DNA from: Dehalococcoidales bacterium
GTDB taxonomy: Bacteria; Chloroflexota; Dehalococcoidia; Dehalococcoidales; UBA5760
Direction: 5' to 3'
Assembly (NCBI GenBank): GCA_021161775.1
Contig: JAGGZY010000016.1
Span: forward strand, 1 to 55,191
DNA: 55,191 nucleotides
A program made the translations under genes and the position numbers. The stretch's first letter is position 1; the number at the start of each line of letters is the position of its first letter. Under the pieces are notes generated by a model. It did not search any database, was not told the origin of the DNA, and worked only from the letters and a program-made list of their open reading frames with translations. This document shows, piece after piece, positions 19,123 through 26,731 of the stretch.

Positions 19123-20253
19123 CTAAGGCTTAGACTGTTCTCCCAATTTTAACCACTCTCTAGAAAACTTGGACCACTTCATGTTAGCGACACGAGCGTA
19201 GTAATCAGTGTTGTCCATCCTGAGTTGAATCAATCCGTCCATCACATATTTCATATTGTTCAGCGTTTGTTCTGATATCGCACCCTCTTCCACAACATAG
19301 AGAGTAGCCACGCCTCCATAGCTAGTAGCGGTGCGGGTAAGTTGAGCTATAAGACGCTGGACCAGGGCTAGCTCGAAGTTGGTGAACAGGCTGGTAATCG
19401 AATCTAAAATACGTCTACCACCAGCTTTACCACCTACTGATTGTCCCAGTTCCATCCCGGCGTCACTAATAAGACCAGCCAATTGGTTCAGTTCCAAGAG
19501 ACCGCTTACAGCAAAACGCTCCGTACCCCTGACATTGCCCCGACTCCAACCATACCCATCTACTAAGCAGAAATTACCTTCCCCCTCGTATTCGCTAACC
19601 GGTTTTGGCAGCATCATATCAAGGCTACGCCGAATCATAGTCGGTGCGTCGTCCAGAGTGATAACCATACAACACTCTGAAGCCTTAAGTCCTGTAGCTA
19701 GAAAACGACGGCAGAGGGAACTTTTACCAGAACCAGTCTCACCAACAACCAGTATATTTGAACCCTGTGGCAAACCACCACCCAGTGCCTCATCTAATTG
19801 GCTATCACCACAACTTATTCTATCAACTACTCCCTTTGGTTCAGGTGATGGAGACGGCTCGGCGGCTAGTTTACCATGCATGGCTCGTGACCTGACTAAT
19901 AGAGCAGCGACTCTGGCACGTAGTACAGATGGACTGAAGGGCTTGGTCAAATAATCATCAATGCCTTCCTGAAAGGCTTTGAGTTCATCCTGCTCCTCGG
20001 AGAGCGCGGTTAACATTATGATGGGTACCGATGCCGTAGTACGGTTACTACGCAGGTCATGGGCTAGCTCATAGCCACTCTTTATCGGCATCATAACATC
20101 GGTAATAATGAGAGCGGGCTTTTTATCTAGCGCCATCCCAAAGCCTTGCTCTCCATTAATTGCCTCCAGGACTTCATATCCCGCACTGCTGAGGAGTGTC
20201 TTTAGAAGATGCCGAGTGGATTCATCATCATCTACAATGAGGATCCTATCCAT
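19123..20253 (-). CDS. Response-regulator receiver fused to a KaiC/RecA-like ATPase domain
   Basis: The N-terminal REC reads ILIVDDDESTRHLL...PALIITDVMMP...K. A linker follows, then GDSQLDEALGGGLPQGSNILVVGETGSGKSSLCRRF (Walker A) and RRILDSITSL (Walker B). Confidence 0.8.
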   Translation of the reverse strand: MDRILIVDDDESTRHLLKTLLSSAGYEVLEAINGEQGFGMALDKKPALIITDVMMPIKSGYELAHDLRSNRTTASVPIIMLTALSEEQDELKAFQEGIDDYLTKPFSPSVLRARVAALLVRSRAMHGKLAAEPSPSPEPKGVVDRISCGDSQLDEALGGGLPQGSNILVVGETGSGKSSLCRRFLATGLKASECCMVITLDDAPTMIRRSLDMMLPKPVSEYEGEGNFCLVDGYGWSRGNVRGTERFAVSGLLELNQLAGLISDAGMELGQSVGGKAGGRRILDSITSLFTNFELALVQRLIAQLTRTATSYGGVATLYVVEEGAISEQTLNNMKYVMDGLIQLRMDNTDYYARVANMKWSKFSREWLKLGEQSKP

Positions 20254-20254
20254 G

Positions 20255-20968
20255 TCAGACTGTCTCCCTGATTACAATACCTCGCTTAGGTAGAATCTCA
20301 AAGACATGGTCATTCAAATCAGTCGGAGTCCCCCGCATCTTAGGTATGTAGAGGGTCCGAACACGATGAGCCTGTATACTGCTTACCCCCAAAACGATAA
20401 TACCAGAGACGACGAACTCCTCGACTCCATATTGGCAAAGTCTAGTCGTTCCTGAAGGAATCGCTGAGGTAATAACGGTGGTGCAGTGTAGATTATCCTC
20501 AATAGAGAAAATAAGGCTTCTGATATATTCCTTTACCTGAGCGGTTGCTTCCTGGCTAAAAATAAGGGGCGCAATAGGGTCAATGACCACCGTCTGAGCG
20601 TTAATTTGCCGCACATGTTTAGTAAGGTCAGTGACTATTGAGCGTACATCAATAACCTTCTCTTTACCCATACGCACATTAGTGAAGTAGGGTGTCGCAT
20701 CCAGAAGGGTTATCCTTTTGTCATCGACATATTTTTTCAGGTCCCAGCCGAGAGATTCGGCATCCTCCAGCAAGTGACTAGGCTTCTCATCGATAGAGAT
20801 ATAAACGCTATTTTCTCCACGAGCTACTCCAGCCAGGACATATTGCAGACAGAGGATAGTTTTCCCCGTTCCGGCTTGACCGCTGACTAGAAAGACCTTG
20901 TCTTCCGCTAAGCCCCCACTTAGGAGACTATCAAGTCCATCGACGCCGGTTGCAATTCTACGACGCAT
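20255..20968 (-). CDS. KaiC/RecA-like single-domain ATPase (COG0467-type)
   Basis: The N-terminus reads IATGVDGLDSLLSGGLAEDKVFLVSGQAGTGKTILCLQY (Walker A). Walker B is TVVIDPIAPL. Its stop is 1 nt from the start of the next gene (TGACATG). Confidence 0.8.
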   Translation of the reverse strand: MRRRIATGVDGLDSLLSGGLAEDKVFLVSGQAGTGKTILCLQYVLAGVARGENSVYISIDEKPSHLLEDAESLGWDLKKYVDDKRITLLDATPYFTNVRMGKEKVIDVRSIVTDLTKHVRQINAQTVVIDPIAPLIFSQEATAQVKEYIRSLIFSIEDNLHCTTVITSAIPSGTTRLCQYGVEEFVVSGIIVLGVSSIQAHRVRTLYIPKMRGTPTDLNDHVFEILPKRGIVIRETV

Positions 20969-21026
20969 CTCCGCCTACATCTCTAGTCAATTGTAGCCCT
21001 CACGTTGACACAAGTCATTAGTGTGT

Positions 21027-21055
21027 ATTCTAAGAAGGTGAATTCTCTTTGTCAA
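21027..21055 (-). promoter_or_regulatory. Sigma-70-like promoter (TTGACA-N17-TAGAAT) for the KaiC-like operon
   Basis: On the minus strand, TTGACA lies at 21055-21050 and TAGAAT at 21032-21027 with a 17-nt spacer. It sits about 60 nt upstream of the first KaiC-like start (20968). Confidence 0.45.
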
Positions 21056-21184
21056 CCCCCTAGCAATTCGGTTGATTGAAGTGCTAGAGTCCCGGTCTAG
21101 GCGCGCTTAATCTTTCCCTGATAGCAATCACCGCCCAGCTTGATCTTGATATATAATATCTTACCAGTGATGAGGGATAATTAA

Positions 21185-21478
21185 TTGGCCAAACCGAAAC
21201 CCAATCGTAAACCCAAGATTATGGCTGGTATTCCGGCATACAATCAGGAGAACGATGTAGGTGAGGTAATTCGCAAAGCCTCAGAGTATGTTGACGAGGT
21301 TATCGTTGCTGATGACGGCTCAGTGGATAATACTGCTCGGGTAGCTGAAGCTGCCGGGGCAATAGTGCTTTGGTGGAAATATCAGAGTGGTGACCGGAAT
21401 GCTTTAGCAACGTTACTGCAATATAATAGAGAGGATGTAGTAAATTTGAAGGCATTGAGGGAGAGGCTAGCGTATTAA
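21185..21478 (+). pseudogene. Chimeric remnant: GT2 N-terminal fragment fused to the C-terminal tail of an RNase-H-like (YprB-type) protein
   Basis: Residues 12-61 (IMAGIPAYNQENDVGEVIRKASEYVDEVIVADDGSVDNTARVAEAAGAIV) form a GT2 Rossmann N-terminus that stops abruptly. The tail (DRNALATLLQYNREDVVNLKALRERL) resembles the end of YprB-like exonuclease domains. The second assignment is from recall. Confidence 0.5.
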
Positions 21479-21626
21479 ATTAAGCTAAGGAACAAAGGAG
21501 AAAGAGTAGTGGAAATGCAAGGCAGCTTTAATTTTAATGAGGGAGTACTAGCTGAGGCGTTAAGGCAACAAGTGACTGCTAAAATAGAGAGGCGCCCCGA
21601 GACACCCCCATGTTTTACAGTGATTT

Positions 21627-22208
21627 TTAAGTGTTTTGGAAACCGCCTAAGGGCAGCCAATTCCCATTACCAAATTCCCACATTTCGATAAGTTTATGAG
21701 CTTCATTTTCCCAATCTTTTGGATGAGGGACTAACGCGACATATACATGACCCGGGCAACTCTTGGCCGCAGGTTTAAGAACTTCGAGGTAGCTTTGAAT
21801 GTCACTAACCAGTGGTCCAATGAATAACTTGTTCGGAGCACTCCCAATAACAAGTTTATTAAAGTCAATTAGTGCCTATCTTGTATCCAGCGCAAATTCA
21901 GACTCCACCTGCCAGATAGCTTTCCGGATGTAACAGAGTTCCTTTCCTTGTTTGGCGGACGTTACTTTTCCAACTCTACATACAAGGATATCATAGAGAT
22001 ATTCATTGAGACCAAAATCCCTCTTATTCTTATCGTAATCTTTAGAAAATACTCGAATGTCTGGATTAATCTTGCCCGGCCAAGCTTCGTAGTATCTCCT
22101 GAGCTGGTCAGCGAGGCTCTCTACCCAGTGTCGAACTCTATCTTGATGGACTACCTGTGTAGACGCAACTACATCACGTTCTGCCTGAGCGTTTTTAAAA
22201 CTTACCAT
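21627..22208 (-). pseudogene. Hypothetical ~193-codon gene interrupted by one in-frame TAG
   Basis: The track ORF 21876..22208 ends ...ESEFALDTR-TAG. The same frame continues without further stops as ALIDFNKLVIGSAPNKLFIGPLVSDIQSYLEVLKPAAKSCPGHVYVALVPHPKDWENEAHKLIEMWEFGNGNWLPLGGFQNT-TAA (stop 21627-21629). No family was recognised. Confidence 0.45.
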
Positions 22209-22382
22209 GATTTCTCAAGGTCTTTGCCTAAGAATCCTTTAACCATACTACTGTCCCTTTTCAGATTTGCTTTCCAGTCAGCACTTTGCATGGTAGCCCC
22301 TCCTTAGTAGAGACATTCCTTTCAAGCCCATGCTTTCCCTCAGTTTTCTTTTCAGTTTTCAGTTTGTTTTGAGCAGGGCAGT

Positions 22383-23030
22383 TTAGTTGGTTACCTTTCT
22401 CAAAATATCTTCAACTTTTGACCGAATCATATGCTCAGGGACGGCGCCGAGGATTTCGTCAACCTTCCGACCGTTGCTAAAGAACATCTGCATGGGTATG
22501 CTCATAATCTGATATTTTGTTGCTGTCTGCTGGTTTTCATCCACATTAATCATGCAGAATTTAAATCTGCCCTCATACTCCTCGGAGAGTTTTTCGTATA
22601 TCGGTATAACCATCCTGCACGGACCACACCAAGGGGCCCAGAAATCGACTTCTGTGGGAAGGTCTGACCTTAGAACCTCCTCCTCAAAATTCTGATCCGT
22701 GATTTGTACTATCTTGCCGACTTTAGTTTCCTTACTGATTTTAGTTTCTGGAGCGACCCTTGACATAGTGAACCCTGAGCCTTGGGGCGTTTCTTGGTAA
22801 TCCATAAGCATTCCCTCTAGCTCTGGGGCCATATCAGTCCCTATAAGCAATAGCTTTGCACTGTCTCCGGCTTCCACTACCTGGTCTCCCGTCTTCTCTT
22901 TGTCCAAGACAAATTGTAATTGGCTCGGGTTTGAAGGGGAACGAATAATCCTAATTGCCATTTGGTGGTCTATTTGCTGCTGCAAAGCTTCTTTAAGCTT
23001 TTCCTTCGCATTTGCGGTCACTGTTAACAA
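22383..23030 (-). CDS. Fusion protein: HesB/IscA-like N-terminal domain + thioredoxin
   Basis: The N-terminal ~95 aa (MLTVTANAKEKLKEAL...IRIIRSP...FVLDKEK...) has the HesB/IscA fold pattern but lacks the C-terminal Cys motif. The C-terminal half is a canonical thioredoxin with WAPWCGPC. Confidence 0.8.
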   Translation of the reverse strand: MLTVTANAKEKLKEALQQQIDHQMAIRIIRSPSNPSQLQFVLDKEKTGDQVVEAGDSAKLLLIGTDMAPELEGMLMDYQETPQGSGFTMSRVAPETKISKETKVGKIVQITDQNFEEEVLRSDLPTEVDFWAPWCGPCRMVIPIYEKLSEEYEGRFKFCMINVDENQQTATKYQIMSIPMQMFFSNGRKVDEILGAVPEHMIRSKVEDILRKVTN

Positions 23031-23115
23031 TATTCTCTCCTCCTTACATATTTCTCTCTTTTACTTTACCGTTCTCTATAAATCCCTAGCATACTTATCG
23101 GTAACTTTGTTAGAG

Positions 23116-23442
23116 TTACAAACCCTTCCAGCTCTCTTGCTCCATAGCTAAGAAGGCTAGTCGCTCTTCTTGATTCATCTCCGCTATCCTGACTTCAACC
23201 TTCGCACCCAATTTCGCTACTGCCTGGCGCAGACTGTCCACAAGATAGCCCTTGATTGAAGTGGGGATGCCAAGCAAGGGAAGAACGAGAGTAAGGGACA
23301 CCTCATTATTCTTTACAGCTACATCTTTAAGCATCCCCAGCTCAGCAAGGGTGCGGCTGATTTCTGGGGGCATCACCTGTCCTATTGCTTGATGCAAATC
23401 TTCCTCTGAGATATCCCTGGCCGTTATACCTCCCCCCTTCAA
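23116..23442 (-). CDS. DUF59/MIP18-family protein (Fe-S assembly SufT-like)
   Basis: The 108-aa ORF carries ...EEDLHQAIGQVMPPEISRTLAELGMLKDVAVKNNEVSLTLVLP..., the typical DUF59 core pattern. Confidence 0.7.
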   Translation of the reverse strand: MKGGGITARDISEEDLHQAIGQVMPPEISRTLAELGMLKDVAVKNNEVSLTLVLPLLGIPTSIKGYLVDSLRQAVAKLGAKVEVRIAEMNQEERLAFLAMEQESWKGL

Positions 23443-23520
23443 TTCTACACTTTAATCCCTCTGCGGCTATCAAATACACTCCAGTTTGCCCTTCAAACCT
23501 GCTTCGTTTTTAGAGTGAGC

Positions 23521-23793
23521 CTATTTAATTACAGCGAGGATATCGCTTCTGGAAACTATCAAGTATTTTTTGCCCTCAAATTCAATCTCGTCACCGGTGA
23601 ATTTAGCAAAGACTATTCTATCCCCCGCCTTTATATTCTCAGCAAGCTCCTCATCAGTCCCTACCTCAATGACCTTGCCCATTCTTGGCTTTTCCTTGGC
23701 GGTGTCGGGGATGATTATCCCTCCTTTAGTTTTGCCTTCTCCAATCTCCTCCGGCTCAACCAGAACTCGGTCCTCAAAAGGCTTTATTTGCAT
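23521..23793 (-). CDS. groES: Co-chaperonin GroES (no groEL adjacent)
   Basis: MQIKPFEDRVLVEPEE...KTKGGIIIPDTAKEKPRMGKVIEVG...GDRIVFAKF is canonical Cpn10. Confidence 0.9.
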   Translation of the reverse strand: MQIKPFEDRVLVEPEEIGEGKTKGGIIIPDTAKEKPRMGKVIEVGTDEELAENIKAGDRIVFAKFTGDEIEFEGKKYLIVSRSDILAVIK

Positions 23794-23809
23794 TTAAACT
23801 TCTCCTTTC

Positions 23810-24061
23810 CTATCTTTTGATTCCTAGTAATTTATCGATCTTTACCTTATCGAAGCCGACGATAGGGTGGCTCCCGATCAAGACAACTGGCACACCCATT
23901 ATATGCCTACGCTGAAGTTCCCTAGCCCCATCCCGATCCTTCTCAACATTCACCTCCCGAAACCTGAAGCCTTTTTCCTTCAGGTACTGCTTAACCCTAC
24001 CGCACCAGGGGCATGAAGAACCAGTAAAAATTATTACTCGTGGTTGATTAGAAGCTGGCAC
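23810..24061 (-). CDS. Glutaredoxin-like protein (NrdH/YruB type, CPWC)
   Basis: The 83-aa ORF reads VIIFTGSSCPWCGRVKQYLKEKGFRFREVNVEKD...GVPVVLIG, a glutaredoxin fold with a CxxC site. Confidence 0.8.
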   Translation of the reverse strand: MPASNQPRVIIFTGSSCPWCGRVKQYLKEKGFRFREVNVEKDRDGARELQRRHIMGVPVVLIGSHPIVGFDKVKIDKLLGIKR

Positions 24062-24278
24062 TGTTCACCTGCTCATACTTTGCTATATCTACCTCAAATA
24101 CTACCGAGTGCCTATCCACAAAGTCAATGCTTTTTACCTCACCTTGGGCGAATTTTCGCTCTCCCGGCAGCCCAATGGACAGGAACTCATCATCATGGGC
24201 TTCCATCTGAGCTATGCCCCGCATTACTTCTTGCTGCTGGCCATTCGAGTCAATATAGGGAACATTACTTAAGCACAT
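24048..24278 (-). CDS. CooT-family (putative nickel-binding) small protein
   Basis: From the internal ATG at 24278 the protein begins MCLSNVPYID... and ends ...GEVKSIDFVDRHSVVFEV. This matches my recollection of the CooT pattern: Met-Cys start, ~60-75 aa, and an I..idl..h.i.le tail. Confidence 0.55.
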   Translation of the reverse strand: MCLSNVPYIDSNGQQQEVMRGIAQMEAHDDEFLSIGLPGERKFAQGEVKSIDFVDRHSVVFEVDIAKYEQVNSASF

Positions 24279-24332
24279 ATTCATCTCCAGATTCACATTC
24301 TAACATCTTGAAAGCGAGGAGTTTTTCCCTGC

Positions 24333-25244
24333 TCACTCATAAAGATATTTGAAGGCTGAACCGGCTGCAGTGGCTCCATCTCCAGCCGCAGTTATCGCCT
24401 GACGAAACGAGTTCTGCCTGACATCCCCAGCGGCAAAGATGCCCGGTGCCGGAGTTCTCATCAGTTTGTCAGTAACGATGAACCCCGCTTTATCTAACTT
24501 TATTAGCTCGGAAAAGACATGGCTGTTTGGCTTAAGCCCCACAGCAACAAATATTCCATCTACCTCTAGCTCTGATAATTGCCCCGTCTTAACATTCCGC
24601 AGGTGGAGACTTCTTAATATCTTGTCTCCTATGATCTCGTGTACCACTGTACTCCAGACTAGCTCAATCTTGGGATGAGAGAAGGCTTTCTCTTGCATTG
24701 CTTTCGTGGCTCGTAACTGGTCTCGCCGGTGTATGATATAGACCTTGCGGCAATATTGAGCCAACTCCAGTGCGTCGTTAATCGCGGTATCACCACCACC
24801 TACCACAGCTACCTCCCGGTCGCGAAAAAAGAGACCATCACAAGTAGCGCAATAGGAGACGCCATGCCCTGAGAGCCTTTCCTCACCAGCCACACCCAGC
24901 TTGCGGTACTCCGAGCCGGTGGCAATGATAATTGATTTGGTTTGAATGTTGCCCTCAGTAGTAGAAATTTCATAGGCGTTTCCTATACTTATTCTGGTTA
25001 CCTCCGAGGCAGAGGTTTCCAGCCCATATTTAGTTGCTTGCCGGCGCATAGACTCGCCCAGCTCCGAGCCCGAAATGCCTTCAGGAAAGCCGGGGTAATT
25101 TTCCACTAGTCGGGCGTTCACTATTTGCCCCCCGAAAACGCCGCGTTCCAGTAAGAGACTCTTCAGGCCTGCCCGCGCTACATATAAACCGGCAGTAAGT
25201 CCGGCAGGCCCACCACCGATGATGCTCACATCATAACTACTCAT
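24333..25244 (-). CDS. trxB: Thioredoxin-disulfide reductase
   Basis: FAD motif IIGGGPAGLTAG, redox-active CATCDG, NADPH motif VVGGGDTA, and the C-terminal GIFAAGDV. Confidence 0.9.
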   Translation of the reverse strand: MSSYDVSIIGGGPAGLTAGLYVARAGLKSLLLERGVFGGQIVNARLVENYPGFPEGISGSELGESMRRQATKYGLETSASEVTRISIGNAYEISTTEGNIQTKSIIIATGSEYRKLGVAGEERLSGHGVSYCATCDGLFFRDREVAVVGGGDTAINDALELAQYCRKVYIIHRRDQLRATKAMQEKAFSHPKIELVWSTVVHEIIGDKILRSLHLRNVKTGQLSELEVDGIFVAVGLKPNSHVFSELIKLDKAGFIVTDKLMRTPAPGIFAAGDVRQNSFRQAITAAGDGATAAGSAFKYLYE

Positions 25245-25603
25245 AATCCCTACAGCTGCTTCCAGCTAAACCTCCTTGGTATTCTTTAGATTCTTACCCG
25301 ACTTAGGTTTATTATTCCGCCACGACTGCAGTCATGGTTATCATTATAGCAATACCTTTTCTCAGTACTCTCACTAGCTGCCACGCTCCTGCGAGTGCTC
25401 TAAATTATCGCTATCTGGATTGCCTTCATTGGACAAGCTCACACGCAGCCACCACAGCCTTGACAAAGAGAGGGATGTGCCATAGGCCCTTCATACATCA
25501 CACTTCTCTGAGTAGTACTTGTAAGGGGCTACCAGAACCATCTTCCCCGGCATCAGCTTTCCTTTTCTGCCTCCTTTGCCTTCTCCAATTCCTCTAGTTG
25601 CCG

Positions 25604-25750
25604 CTACATTGATGGTGGCACCGAATGAGCTGGCCACCGAGCTTCCAGTTCGGCTATCTTTTTCTCAACCTCTGCTACTTTTTCTTCGCTCATCTTATCC
25701 TTTCTATCAAAATCGCGGTTCATAATTGTGTCAATCTTACCCCTACTCAT
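25604..25750 (-). CDS. Small hypothetical protein (48 aa from MSRGK...), ends ...ELEARWPAHSVPPSM
   Basis: The ATG at 25750 overlaps the Fur-family gene's 3' end by 8 nt. The helical charged peptide has a WPAHSVPP motif. The start is uncertain (the track start 25825 lies inside the Fur gene). Confidence 0.4.
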   Translation of the reverse strand: MSRGKIDTIMNRDFDRKDKMSEEKVAEVEKKIAELEARWPAHSVPPSM

Positions 25751-26216
25751 GATGTTTCCCTTGCGTAGCTGCACAGGGTGAGTCGCTTTTCTCTTTCTCC
25801 TGGCATTCCAAGCAATAACCTTCAAGATATAATTGAGCTTTGGTTACATTGAAGCCGTATTCATGCCTCACTGCCTGGATTAGCTTTCTGACATAGGGGC
25901 TTTGAAATTCGATGACTTTGCCGCACCCCTGGCAAACTAGATGCTGGTGCTCCGACGCCCGCTTGATCTCGTAACAGCAACGAACCTTGCCCAGCCTCAT
26001 CTCATCAACCAGTCCCAGTTCCTTGAACAGGTTAAGGCTGCGATACACTGTCGCCGGGCTGAGAGACTCATCCCTGGCACTGGCACGACGATACAGCTCC
26101 TTGGCATCTACGTATCCCTCAGCATCGTGCAGCAACTCCAAAAGTAACCGCCGTTGAGAAGTCCACGGATGGCCATGCATCGGACTGACATTATTGAGAT
26201 TGCGACTCATTCTCAA
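25743..26216 (-). CDS. Fur-family metalloregulator (PerR/Fur/Zur type not resolvable)
   Basis: The wHTH region reads RRLLLELLHDAEGYVDAKELYRRA...SPATVYRSLNLFKELGLV. HHLVCQGCGKVIEF plus a second CxxC (CLEC) give the structural Zn site. Confidence 0.85.
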   Translation of the reverse strand: MRMSRNLNNVSPMHGHPWTSQRRLLLELLHDAEGYVDAKELYRRASARDESLSPATVYRSLNLFKELGLVDEMRLGKVRCCYEIKRASEHQHLVCQGCGKVIEFQSPYVRKLIQAVRHEYGFNVTKAQLYLEGYCLECQEKEKSDSPCAATQGKHHE

Positions 26217-26731
26217 TCAGATACTACACCATATCCAACTCTCCTGTCAATAGGTCGGTTGAAGGCTATACATCATTAGTTACTTTGCCCACGATATAGC
26301 ACTGGGGAGCACTTAATGGCTTGGCAAACTCAAGCGATATCCATGTAGTTTCCGTATGTAAAACTTCTTTGCCTGATACTCCAGCCCCGTGAGGTTGCCG
26401 TGGTAGGGATATCTCTATGTATCTGTTTGCTTTTGGAATCATTCTTGCACTCCCCCCAGTTTGGTGAGAATATGCGAAAATCTTTCTTGCTAACCTTTCT
26501 GTTCACAGGGTGCAATACCCACTATGGTTTTGAGGATGTTGCTAAGTAACGGACATAAATAGCAAGAGCAAGGTGCTGGTTTTGCACTTTTCGTCAAAAA
26601 GTTAGCCTGAACGCACGATTGCTTGATTAGCATTGCCAGGGATGTTAAACTTATGGCTGAAGGTGGTAAAGGTAAGAGTAGTTGTCGCAGTGGCTGGCTA
26701 CCAGATATGAGAATAGAGGATTGAGGAAGGT

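Noticed and set aside
21876-21878. Possible genome-wide TAG reassignment or pyrrolysine decoding. It was suggested by two in-frame TAGs (21876 and 25604) that are followed by plausible coding sequence.
   Set aside because: TAG ends many well-defined genes in the window at positions that look like natural C-termini. Examples are ppsA (1586), the peptidase (8691), the GT2 (11593), the wHTH (17531), treT (17855) and REC-KaiC (19123). No pyl genes are visible. Nonsense mutation or coincidence is more economical.
25334-25597. An 87-aa Cys/Ser/Leu-rich plus-strand ORF in the trxB upstream gap.
   Set aside because: It has no RBS and a low-complexity composition. It runs opposite to the surrounding operon and overlaps the read-through extension of the small peptide gene. 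It is probably spurious.
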